Source of the DNA: Thermoanaerobaculia bacterium
GTDB taxonomy: Bacteria > Acidobacteriota > Thermoanaerobaculia > Multivoradales > Multivoraceae
Direction: 5' to 3'
Length of the DNA: 64,000 bases
Assembly: GCA_963664405.1 (NCBI GenBank)
Contig: OY761158.1
Coordinates: 5,664,001-5,728,000, forward strand
Under the pieces are notes generated by a model, which was not told where the DNA came from, searched no databases, and saw only the letters and a list, made by a program, of their open reading frames with translations. Made by a program: the position numbers and the translations under genes. This document shows, in pieces, positions 37,919-46,874 of the stretch. Numbering within the stretch: position 1 is the stretch's first letter; every line of letters starts with the position of its first letter.

Positions 37919-39402
37919 GCGCGGGCGGCACTTTGGGTCCTCCGGCTGCGGTCGCGTCTTCGCAGAGGGTGCGCACTGCTGTTCCGCACACTCTCGAGTT
38001 CATCGCCGATACTCTTACCCCGGTCGGGGTATACCGACGATTGCGTTCGGCCTCTCCGTACGCTTTTCTGCTCGAGTCGATCACGGGTGGCGAGCAGGTG
38101 TCTCGATTCAGCTTTGTCGGCGCCGGCCCTTCGGTCGTGTGCCGACTGTGGCCGGACCGCCTCGAGATCGAGGAGGGAGGCGAGAGAAGCATCGCAGACG
38201 GGTTACCTCTGGATGCACTGCAAGAATTGCTTGCCGGTATCCGCAGTACCCCTAGCGACATTCCCCTGACCGGGGGGTGGGTCGGCTTTTTCGGCTACGA
38301 CACCATCCGATTGGTCGAGCGACTCCCGAATCGCCCCACCGACCCCTATGGGCTGCCCTATGCGGCATTAGCTCGCTACGACAGCCTTGTAGTTTTCGAC
38401 CATGCCAGACAGCGAGTCGTGGCGTTGGCTAACGAGATCGAGGGCGAGGTGGACGCCGACAGAGCCAGAGCCCGGCTCGGCGAGCTTTCGGATCTGCTCG
38501 TACGTGCCGATGAGAGTGGGGCTGTCGCCATGCCGCCCGCTGGCACGGTGCAGCCGGCGGCGACCCTGCCTCCGACCCTGTCGAGCGAGGAGTACCAAGA
38601 GGCGGTGCGCAAGGCGAAGGCCTATATCCAGGCTGGGGATATCTTTCAGGTGGTCCCGGCAAGGCGTTGGCGCGCGCTGAAGTGTCCGGCACCACTGGAG
38701 GTTTATCGCGCCTTGCGCATGGTGAACCCGAGTCCCTATATGGTGCTACTCGAGACGCCGGAGCTCGCTTTGGTGTCGGGGTCGCCGGAGATGGTAGTGC
38801 GGAAATCGGGGGAAGTGCTCGAGAGTCGTCCGATTGCGGGCACACGGCCTCGTGGTGGGACTCCGGAAGAGGATCACCGCTTGGCGCAGGACCTGCTGGC
38901 GGACGCCAAGGAGAGGGCCGAGCACCTCATGCTCGTCGATCTGCATCGAAACGATCTAGGTCGGGTTGCACAGGCGGCGAGCGTTCATGTGCCCGATTTC
39001 ATGGCGGTTGAGTACTACTCGCATGTCATCCATCTGGTGTCCTCGGTCGAAGCCCGTATTCGGCCGGAGTGCTCTGCCCTCGATGCGCTGCTGGCATCTT
39101 TCCCTGCCGGTACTCTCTCGGGCGCACCGAAGATTCGGGCGATGGAGATCATCGATGAGCTGGAGCCTGAGGCGCGTGGCCCTTACGGTGGTGCCATCGG
39201 CTACTTCTCTTATTCGGGCGATCTAGACACATGCATCACCATACGTACGATCGTGATGGTTGACGGCGAGGCGTCGGTAAGCGCGGGAGCCGGCATCGTC
39301 GCCGACTCCGACCCTGAAACCGAAGTGCTAGAGACGGAGAACAAGGCGGCGGCTCTGCTACAGGCCCTGGGCTTGGCTGGCGCGTTGGAGGAGGAGCGAT
39401 GA
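37915..39402 (+). CDS. trpE: Anthranilate synthase component I
   Basis: FLLES, GDIFQVV, NPSPYM, PIAGT, KERAEHLMLVDL.RND, SGAPKIRAMEII, AGAGIV. Confidence 0.95.
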   Translation: MSAGGTLGPPAAVASSQRVRTAVPHTLEFIADTLTPVGVYRRLRSASPYAFLLESITGGEQVSRFSFVGAGPSVVCRLWPDRLEIEEGGERSIADGLPLDALQELLAGIRSTPSDIPLTGGWVGFFGYDTIRLVERLPNRPTDPYGLPYAALARYDSLVVFDHARQRVVALANEIEGEVDADRARARLGELSDLLVRADESGAVAMPPAGTVQPAATLPPTLSSEEYQEAVRKAKAYIQAGDIFQVVPARRWRALKCPAPLEVYRALRMVNPSPYMVLLETPELALVSGSPEMVVRKSGEVLESRPIAGTRPRGGTPEEDHRLAQDLLADAKERAEHLMLVDLHRNDLGRVAQAASVHVPDFMAVEYYSHVIHLVSSVEARIRPECSALDALLASFPAGTLSGAPKIRAMEIIDELEPEARGPYGGAIGYFSYSGDLDTCITIRTIVMVDGEASVSAGAGIVADSDPETEVLETENKAAALLQALGLAGALEEER

Positions 39403-39992
39403 TACTGGTGATCGACAATTATGATTCGTTCACCTACAACCTGGTGCAGCTGCTCCTCGGTCTTGAACAGGAAGTGGTGGTACGGCGCAACGACGTCGCT
39501 TCGGTGCCGGAGTTGTTGGCTCTCGAGCCCGATGCGATCGTGCTTTCGCCAGGGCCGGGCCGGCCGGAGAACGCCGGTATTTGTGTCGACCTGATTCGCT
39601 CCGAGCCGTCCGCCCCTTTGCTCGGAGTCTGTCTCGGCCATCAGGCCTTGGCCCTCGCCTTTGGTGGCGCTATCGAGGCGGCGCCGGTTCTGATGCACGG
39701 CAAGACCTCTCGAGTGCACCATACGGGCACGGGAATCCTCAGCGGTCTGCCCGACCCCTTCGAGGCTACGCGGTACCACAGCCTCCGGGTCGCGGAGGAG
39801 CATCAGCCGGATTGTCTCGAGGTACACGCTCGTGCCGAGGACGATGGCAGCGTGATGGCTATGGCGCACTGTGAGCTTCCCTACTGGGGAGTGCAGTTTC
39901 ATCCCGAGTCGATTCTCACCACGACTGGCGGCCAGCTTCTCGAGCAGTTTCTCGAGCTGTCGCGAGCCCAGACGGTCGAAGCCGGAGGTTGA
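39399..39992 (+). CDS. trpG: Anthranilate synthase component II
   Basis: IDNYDSFTYNL, SPGPG, GVCLGHQ, RYHSL, QFHPES. Confidence 0.95.
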   Translation: MILVIDNYDSFTYNLVQLLLGLEQEVVVRRNDVASVPELLALEPDAIVLSPGPGRPENAGICVDLIRSEPSAPLLGVCLGHQALALAFGGAIEAAPVLMHGKTSRVHHTGTGILSGLPDPFEATRYHSLRVAEEHQPDCLEVHARAEDDGSVMAMAHCELPYWGVQFHPESILTTTGGQLLEQFLELSRAQTVEAGG

Positions 39993-39997
39993 GGCGC

Positions 39998-41002
39998 ATG
40001 AACGAGCGAGAAGCACTGCAGCGTTGGATTGACGGCGAGGATCTCGATCGCGGCGAGGTCGAGGGGCTCTTCGGCCGTCTTATGGACGGTGCTCTGTCCG
40101 ATGTCTACAAGGCCGCCCTCTTGGCCGCTTTGGCCGGCAAAGGAGAGAGCGTCGCGGAGATCACGGGCGCCGCCGCGGCGATGCGGAGCCGGGTCACTCC
40201 GATACCGCATCATCGTGATCGTCTGGTCGACACCTGTGGAACGGGTGGCGATGGCTCCGGCAGCTTCAACATCTCGACCGCGGCTGCGCTGGTCGCGGCC
40301 GGCGCCGGCGTCGAGATCGCGAAGCATGGCAATCGGTCGGTGTCGTCGCAGTGTGGCTCCGCCGATGTGCTCGAGCAACTGGGCGTGAAAGTTCAGGTGT
40401 CGCCGGAGGAGGCCGGGCTGGCTCTCGATACGATTGGTGTCGCGTTTCTCTTTGCGCCGGGGTTACACCCGGCGATGCGAGAGGTGATGCCGGTGCGCCG
40501 CGAGCTAGGAGTGCGCACCGTGTTCAATCTCGTGGCACCGCTCACCAACCCGGCCGGAGCGCGCCGTCAGGTTCTAGGGGTTCCGGAACGACGATGGGTG
40601 TCGACGCATGCCGCGGTGCTTGCCGACCTCGGCTGTGACCATGCGCTGGTGGTGCATGGTGACGGGCTCGACGAGATCACCACCACGGGGGAGACTCACG
40701 TTGCTGAAGTCCGAGGACCCGACGTCGGGACGACCACTATCCGCCCCGAGGAGTTTGGAATTCGCCCGGTGTCGAAGGCGGATCTGGCCGGAGGCAGCGC
40801 CGAGGTCAATGCCGCCTCCATGATGAAGATCCTGGAGGGAGAAGAGGGTCCGCTGGCCGATATAAGCGCGCTCAACGCAGGCGCCGCGATCTACGTAGGA
40901 GGCTTGGCGGATGATCTCGCGAGTGGTGTCGATCTGGCCCGCGAGTGCCTCGCCTCCGGGGCCGCCCTCGCCAAACTGGAAGAGCTCAAGGGAATCGGAT
41001 GA
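39998..41002 (+). CDS. trpD: Anthranilate phosphoribosyltransferase
   Basis: DTCGTGGDG..FNIST, KHGNRSVSS..GSAD, RTVFN, DGLDEI. Confidence 0.97.
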   Translation: MNEREALQRWIDGEDLDRGEVEGLFGRLMDGALSDVYKAALLAALAGKGESVAEITGAAAAMRSRVTPIPHHRDRLVDTCGTGGDGSGSFNISTAAALVAAGAGVEIAKHGNRSVSSQCGSADVLEQLGVKVQVSPEEAGLALDTIGVAFLFAPGLHPAMREVMPVRRELGVRTVFNLVAPLTNPAGARRQVLGVPERRWVSTHAAVLADLGCDHALVVHGDGLDEITTTGETHVAEVRGPDVGTTTIRPEEFGIRPVSKADLAGGSAEVNAASMMKILEGEEGPLADISALNAGAAIYVGGLADDLASGVDLARECLASGAALAKLEELKGIG

Positions 41003-41802
41003 TGACTCCGTCGGCGCCTCCAGACATCCTCTTGCGTATCGCGGCCCGTCGCCGCGTACGTTACGGATTGGCGCCCGGCGAGTACGCGGAGCCCGCCACT
41101 CCTGGGCCCGAGGGTAGCGATGTCCACAACGCCTTCTGTGCAGCCTTGGCCGATCGCCGCGGTCGCGCGGTGATTGCAGAGGTGAAGATGGGCTCGCCGA
41201 AGTTGGGCTCCTTGGTGGGGACCTTCGATCCCTTGGAGCAGGCGCGCACTTACGCCCGAAGCGGCGCCGCGGCCCTCTCGGTCGTGGTCGAGCCGGACTT
41301 CTTTCACGGTAGCTACGATTTGCTCCGCCAATGCCAGCGCGCCAGCGGCCTACCGGCGATCGCCAAGGACTTCGTGGTGTGCGGGCGACAGCTGGCCGAG
41401 GCGAAGGAGGCCGGAGCGAGCGCTGTCCTGCTGATCGCCGCTCTCTACGAGGCCGAGACCCTGCGAGCCTTCGCGGGCGAGGCCAGGCGGCTGGGTTTGG
41501 TTCCGCTGGTCGAGACCCATGATCCCTCTGACTTGGCCAAACTCGGCGGCTCGCGCTGGGAGCTGGTGGGAGTGAACAACCGAGACCTGCGCACTTTCCA
41601 AGTCGACCTCGACCGCTCGATCGGCCTGCTCGACAGGCTTCCCGCGGGTGCGCTGAAGGTCGCGGAGAGCGGTATCCACAGCTCGTGCGATGTGGAACGG
41701 CTCCGGTCGGCCGGCTTTGATGCCTTTCTCATCGGCGAGTCTCTGGTTACAGCGCAAGATCCGGCGGCGAAGTTGATGGAGCTCATGGGAGAGCCGGTAT
41801 GA
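40999..41802 (+). CDS. trpC: Indole-3-glycerol phosphate synthase
   Basis: IAEVK..SP, KDF, LVE.H, GVNNRDL, VAESGI, LIGESL. Confidence 0.94.
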   Translation: MMTPSAPPDILLRIAARRRVRYGLAPGEYAEPATPGPEGSDVHNAFCAALADRRGRAVIAEVKMGSPKLGSLVGTFDPLEQARTYARSGAAALSVVVEPDFFHGSYDLLRQCQRASGLPAIAKDFVVCGRQLAEAKEAGASAVLLIAALYEAETLRAFAGEARRLGLVPLVETHDPSDLAKLGGSRWELVGVNNRDLRTFQVDLDRSIGLLDRLPAGALKVAESGIHSSCDVERLRSAGFDAFLIGESLVTAQDPAAKLMELMGEPV

Positions 41803-42431
41803 GTCGCCCCAAGGTCAAGATCTGCGGCCTGACGACGGTCGAGGATGTCGAGACCGCGCTTGCTCTAGGAGCCGACTTCGTCGGCCTCAATTTCTACGAG
41901 CCGAGCCCGCGTTACGTGGACCTGGGGACTGCACGTCGGCTCCGCGACACTGTTGGTGACCGAGCGACGGTGGTGGGTGTCTTTGTGAATTCGACTTCGG
42001 CCGGGGAGATCGCCGATGATGTCGGCCTCGATCTCTTGCAGTTCCATGGTGACGAGGGCCCCGCGTTCGTAGCGGAGTTCGCCGAGCGAGCGATCAAGGT
42101 CTTCCGAGTTGGCAAGCACTTTGATGCCGCGCAGCTCGAAGACTATGCGGCCACGTGGGGCTACCTGTTCGACAATGGCAACGTCTCCGCGCGCGGAGGA
42201 AGCGGTTTGCCATGGTCCTGGGAACTGGTCAGCGCGGTTGCGACCGACAAACCGATTTTCATTGCCGGCGGTGTCTCTCCCCAGAACGTGGGCTCCCTCT
42301 GTGCCCGGGTTCATCCGTGGGGCATCGACGTGTGCTCGGGGGTCGAAGCCTCCAAGGGGCGCAAGGATCCCGCTCTTCTGCAACGACTCTTCCAGGAGAT
42401 TGAAGATGGCGAAGCACAAGCAGCTTCCTGA
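41799..42431 (+). CDS. trpF: Phosphoribosylanthranilate isomerase
   Basis: [31 protein letters not shown]...G.KD. Confidence 0.95.
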   Translation: MSRPKVKICGLTTVEDVETALALGADFVGLNFYEPSPRYVDLGTARRLRDTVGDRATVVGVFVNSTSAGEIADDVGLDLLQFHGDEGPAFVAEFAERAIKVFRVGKHFDAAQLEDYAATWGYLFDNGNVSARGGSGLPWSWELVSAVATDKPIFIAGGVSPQNVGSLCARVHPWGIDVCSGVEASKGRKDPALLQRLFQEIEDGEAQAAS

Positions 42432-43686
42432 TCCGCAGGGGCATTTTGGCCCCTACGGCGGTCGCTACGTTCCCGAAACTCTGATGGGGCCACTCGAGGA
42501 GCTCGCCCGAGCCTATGCAAAGGCCCAGAAGAACCGCAGCTTCAAGCGGCGGCTGGACGAGCTTCTCGAGCACTACGCTGGTAGACCGACGCCGCTCTAT
42601 TTCGCCGAACAGCTTTCGAAGCACCTAGGTGGAGCCAGGATCTGGCTCAAGCGAGAGGATCTTCTCCACACCGGGGCGCACAAGATCAACAATACCCTCG
42701 GCCAGGCGTTGCTGACCAAGGAGATGGGCAAGAGCCGAGTGATCGCCGAGACCGGAGCGGGTCAGCACGGTGTTGCGACGGCAGCGGCGGCGGCCCTCCT
42801 CGACCTCGAATGCACGGTCTACATGGGTGCCGAAGACATGCGTCGGCAACGTCTCAATGTGGATCGGATGCGGCTGATGGGGGCCGAGGTGGTTGCGGTC
42901 GATTCCGGGAGTCGCACTTTGAAAGATGCCATCAACGAGGCGATGCGCGACTGGGTTAGCTCGGTCAGAACGACTCATTACATCCTCGGCTCTGTGCTCG
43001 GTCCCGAGCCTTATCCTCGTATGGTGCGTGACTTTCACAAGGTCATTGGGGAAGAGGCACGCGCACAGCTGAAGCGGCAGGCGGGCCGGCCGGACCCCGA
43101 CATCGCGATCGCCTGCGTCGGCGGCGGCTCGAACTCGATCGGTCTGTTCTGGGCCTTCCTCGACCGGCCGAGCGTCCGGTTGGTGGGTGTCGAGGCCGGG
43201 GGAAGGGGCGAAGATCTGGGCGAGCACGCGGCCCGCTTCTCGGGCGGTCGTCTCGGCGTCCTGCATGGCACTCGCACTTTGGTGCTTCAAGACGAAGACG
43301 GCCAGGTCTCGACGACCCACTCCGTCTCCGCGGGCTTGGACTACCCGGCCGTGGGACCGGAACATGTCTGGCTCCATGATCAAGAGCGTATCGAGTATGT
43401 CCACGCCTCCGATGCCGAAGCGATCGAGGCTTTTCACCTGCTCTCCTCGAAGGAAGGTATTCTTCCCGCCCTCGAGAGCTCTCATGCGATCGCGGAAGTG
43501 ATGAAGCATGCGCCGAGGCTCGGGGCGGATCGCATCATTCTGGTGAATCTCTCGGGCCGTGGTGACAAAGATGTGGAGTCTGTGAACGAGTTCGACGAGG
43601 CTCACCGGCCGCCGGTCCTGAGCGACAACGTGACGGTCCACCCCGCGGCACGGGCTGCGGCCGAGGGCGAGGAGAACCAGTCATGA
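42406..43686 (+). CDS. trpB: Tryptophan synthase beta chain
   Basis: [53 protein letters not shown]. Confidence 0.98.
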   Translation: MAKHKQLPDPQGHFGPYGGRYVPETLMGPLEELARAYAKAQKNRSFKRRLDELLEHYAGRPTPLYFAEQLSKHLGGARIWLKREDLLHTGAHKINNTLGQALLTKEMGKSRVIAETGAGQHGVATAAAAALLDLECTVYMGAEDMRRQRLNVDRMRLMGAEVVAVDSGSRTLKDAINEAMRDWVSSVRTTHYILGSVLGPEPYPRMVRDFHKVIGEEARAQLKRQAGRPDPDIAIACVGGGSNSIGLFWAFLDRPSVRLVGVEAGGRGEDLGEHAARFSGGRLGVLHGTRTLVLQDEDGQVSTTHSVSAGLDYPAVGPEHVWLHDQERIEYVHASDAEAIEAFHLLSSKEGILPALESSHAIAEVMKHAPRLGADRIILVNLSGRGDKDVESVNEFDEAHRPPVLSDNVTVHPAARAAAEGEENQS

Positions 43687-44555
43687 GAGCTCGCCGCCGC
43701 TTTAGCGCCGCAGTCCGAGGCCACCAGAGCGACGAAATTGCAGCGGTCTTTTCCCGCTGCCGAAAGGAGAGGCGGGCTGCCTTCATCCCCTATATCTGTG
43801 CCGGTGACCCGTCGCTCGAGCGAACCGTCGATCTGCTCGAGGCTCTGGTCGCCGGCGGCGCTGACTTGATCGAGCTCGGCGTTCCTTTCTCGGACCCGAT
43901 CGCCGACGGACCCACGATCCAACGCGCGACCACACGGGCGCTGGCCGCAGGCACGACGCTTTCTGCGATCCTACAGATCGTTGCCGAGAGTCGGCCCAGG
44001 CTCGGAGTCCCGATCGTGCTTTTCAGCTACTTCAATCCGATCCACAATCGCGGGGTCGCCACTTTCGCCGAGCAGGCCGCGTCTTCTGGAGTGGACGGAT
44101 TGCTGTGCGTGGACCTCCCTCCAGAGGAAGCCGTCGCGGAGGCGGAGCCTGCTTTGGTCGAGAGAGGTATCGATCTGATCTTTCTTCTGGCCCCCACCAG
44201 CACTCCGATGCGGATCAAGATCGTCGCCAAGGCCAGTCGAGGGTTTGTCTACTACGTTGCTCGCACTGGGGTAACCGGAGAGCGGGAGCGACTCCCCGAG
44301 GAGTTGGTCTCCGAGCTCGCGCGACTACGCAAAATCGTCAAGCTCCCCGTCGCGGTCGGCTTTGGGATTTCGAGCGCGGAGCAGGTGGCGCAGGTCGCGA
44401 GCGTGGCCGACGGGGTGGTGGTCGGATCTGCTTTGGTCCGTCTAATCGAAGAGCAGGCCGCAAGCGAGAATTTGGCGAGCATCCTCGAAACGCGAACTAG
44501 AGAGCTTTCCGAGGCGGTCAGAGAGGGCTGGATGAGAGGCGCTGAGAGCCAATGA
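43683..44555 (+). CDS. trpA: Tryptophan synthase alpha chain
   Basis: [40 protein letters not shown]. Confidence 0.97.
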   Translation: MRARRRFSAAVRGHQSDEIAAVFSRCRKERRAAFIPYICAGDPSLERTVDLLEALVAGGADLIELGVPFSDPIADGPTIQRATTRALAAGTTLSAILQIVAESRPRLGVPIVLFSYFNPIHNRGVATFAEQAASSGVDGLLCVDLPPEEAVAEAEPALVERGIDLIFLLAPTSTPMRIKIVAKASRGFVYYVARTGVTGERERLPEELVSELARLRKIVKLPVAVGFGISSAEQVAQVASVADGVVVGSALVRLIEEQAASENLASILETRTRELSEAVREGWMRGAESQ

Positions 44556-44893
44556 GTTCCGAGGAGGACAGGCCGAGCGCCGCCGCCGACTCCGACGATG
44601 ACGCGGTCGATCGAGCTCTTGCCCGTTTGCGTGAGAACATCGATCAGGTGGACGTGGTTCTGGTCAAGCTGCTCAATCAGCGGGCTGAGTGGGCGCTCGA
44701 GATCGGTGATGTGAAAAAGGCCGCGGGGCTCGCGATCTATCAGCCGGGGAGGGAGAAGAAGGTGCATGAGCGCGTGCAGTCCGAGAACCGAGGGCCGCTG
44801 GACGCCCCGGCGATGAGGCGCCTCTTCGAGCGCATCATCGACGAGGCCCGCAGTCTCGAGCGTGTCGCGAGCGGAGAGGGGGAAGAACAGTGA
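44552..44893 (+). CDS. Chorismate mutase (AroQ type)
   Basis: LARLRENIDQVD..LVKLLNQR..WA..IG.VK, Y.P.RE. Confidence 0.9.
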   Translation: MSSEEDRPSAAADSDDDAVDRALARLRENIDQVDVVLVKLLNQRAEWALEIGDVKKAAGLAIYQPGREKKVHERVQSENRGPLDAPAMRRLFERIIDEARSLERVASGEGEEQ

Positions 44894-45903
44894 TTGTGGT
44901 GATGAAGCCGCGGGTGGACGAGTCGGCGGTGGAGAGGGTGATCGACAGGCTGGTGAAGGCCGGCTGCGACATTCACCGCTCTACCGGTGCCGAGCGCACA
45001 ATTGTCGGTGCGATAGGTGTCACCGCGGAGATGGATCTCTCCGACTACGAGATTCTGCCGGGAGTCGAGAGCGTGCTTCGCGTCTCCACGCCTTACAATC
45101 TGGTCAGCCGGGCTTTCAAGCCCGAAGGCTCGAGGATCGAGATCGGCCAGGTCACGATTGGCGGAAACGAGGTCGTTGCGATAGCCGGACCCGGGCAGGT
45201 CGAATCTAGAGAACAGATCCGTAGCACTGCTGAGCAGGTCGCGCGCGCCGGCGCCAGGATTCTACGCGCTTCGGCCTTCACCCCGCGCTCCCGTCCCTAC
45301 GCCTTTCAGGGGCTCGGGGAGCAGGGCCTGCAGTGGTTGCGCGAGGCCGCCGACGAGTTCGGCCTGCTGGTCGCGAGCGAGGTGATGGCGCCCACCCATG
45401 TCGACACCGTGGCCGGTTATGCCCATCTGCTGCTGGTGGGTGGCCGTCATATGCAGAATCACGCCCTGCTCAGAGAGCTCGGAGGGGCGCGGCGTCCGGT
45501 GATTCTGAAACGCGGGATCGCCGCGACCATGGAAGACTGGCTGCTTGCGGCCGAGTACGTAGCCGCCGCCGGTGAGGACCGGATCGTGCTCTGTGAGCGG
45601 GGGATCCGCACCTTCGAGACTGCGACCCGTTACACCCTGGATCTGTCGGTCATTCCTGCGATTCACGAGATGAGTCATCTGCCAGTGATCGCCGACCCGA
45701 GCTACGGCACGGGCCTACGGGACAAGGTCGCGCCGATGGCCCGCGCCGCGGTTGCCGCAGGTGCCGACGGGCTCTTGATCGAGGTTCATTGCGACGCCGA
45801 CGAGGCCCGCTCCGACGCAGCACAGACCCTCTACCCCGACGATTTTCAGCGCCTGATGGACCAGCTTCGTATTATCGTACCGGCTCTCGGTCGGTCGGTC
45901 TGA
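44890..45903 (+). CDS. Type I-beta DAHP synthase homologue with N-terminal regulatory domain; active site degenerate
   Basis: Overall AroF I-beta motifs (PYAFQG, LKRG, CERGIRTFE, IEVH, SD..Q), but GPC->GPG, KPR->TPR, DPSH->DPSY. Confidence 0.85.
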   Translation: MIVVMKPRVDESAVERVIDRLVKAGCDIHRSTGAERTIVGAIGVTAEMDLSDYEILPGVESVLRVSTPYNLVSRAFKPEGSRIEIGQVTIGGNEVVAIAGPGQVESREQIRSTAEQVARAGARILRASAFTPRSRPYAFQGLGEQGLQWLREAADEFGLLVASEVMAPTHVDTVAGYAHLLLVGGRHMQNHALLRELGGARRPVILKRGIAATMEDWLLAAEYVAAAGEDRIVLCERGIRTFETATRYTLDLSVIPAIHEMSHLPVIADPSYGTGLRDKVAPMARAAVAAGADGLLIEVHCDADEARSDAAQTLYPDDFQRLMDQLRIIVPALGRSV

Positions 45904-45942
45904 CCACCGAGCAAGTGGCTCGAGCAAAAGGGGGACGACGCG

Positions 45943-46803
45943 ATGCTTAGCAGATTTGCGCCGATTTTGGCTGCCTTGGTGGTTGTGAGCTGGGCGGGGG
46001 AGCTCTTCGCTCAGGAAGAGGAGGAGAAGGACACAGGTTGGTTCGATACCGCGGAGCTTTCTCTGGTTGCGACCGGTGGTAACACCGAGGCCAACACCTT
46101 CAGTTTCAAGAATGCGTTGCTTCGTGCCTGGAGCGAGTCCGAGCTCTTGATCGAGGCTGGAGGCTTGCGCGCCGAGACGACCAACTTCACCGTGAGGGCG
46201 ATCGGCCCTTCCGCCACCGATTTTGTGAGTCTCGAAGAGTCGATGACTGAGCTCACCGCGGAGCGCTACTATTTTCGTAGCAAGTACAGCCACGAGTTTT
46301 CCGAGCTCTTGTCCTGGTTCGCGGCGGCGGGCTGGGAGCGGAACGAGTTTGCCGGTATCTCTGGCCGGTCTTCTGTGGGTGGTGGTGTCGCACAGCGGTG
46401 GTTCGACCATGACAAATCCAAATTCCGGACCGATTCCGGTCTGTTCTACACCAAGGAGCAGACCCTCGACGGCGAGCCCGACGATGACTTCGTGGCTCTG
46501 CGTCTCGCTTTGGAGTACCGACGCGAGCTGACCGGGACCACTACTTTTGACAGCGTCTTCGCCCTCGACGAGAACCTCGAGACCACTTCGGACTATCGCG
46601 TCGATACCACCAACTCGATCTCGGTGAGCATGACCGAGGCCCTCGCCCTCAAGCTCAGTTTTCAGCTGCTCTTCGATAACGAGCCGGCCTTCGTTCTGGT
46701 CGAGAGAGAGTTCCCCGAGGGTGTCTTCAGCGGAGACATGGTGGCGGTCGAGTTGGACGAGATCGACACGCTCACGACGCTCGCGTTGGTTGTGAAGTTC
46801 TGA
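45943..46803 (+). CDS. DUF481 family outer-membrane beta-barrel protein
   Basis: Signal peptide, W...AELS...TGGNT, DN.P loop, C-terminal Phe. Confidence 0.75.
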   Translation: MLSRFAPILAALVVVSWAGELFAQEEEEKDTGWFDTAELSLVATGGNTEANTFSFKNALLRAWSESELLIEAGGLRAETTNFTVRAIGPSATDFVSLEESMTELTAERYYFRSKYSHEFSELLSWFAAAGWERNEFAGISGRSSVGGGVAQRWFDHDKSKFRTDSGLFYTKEQTLDGEPDDDFVALRLALEYRRELTGTTTFDSVFALDENLETTSDYRVDTTNSISVSMTEALALKLSFQLLFDNEPAFVLVEREFPEGVFSGDMVAVELDEIDTLTTLALVVKF

Positions 46804-46874
46804 TCCCCGGTCGCCCTTTTGCCTCGGCGCTCCCGTAGCGACGGACGATCGCGGTATACAGTAGCTACTGGTCG

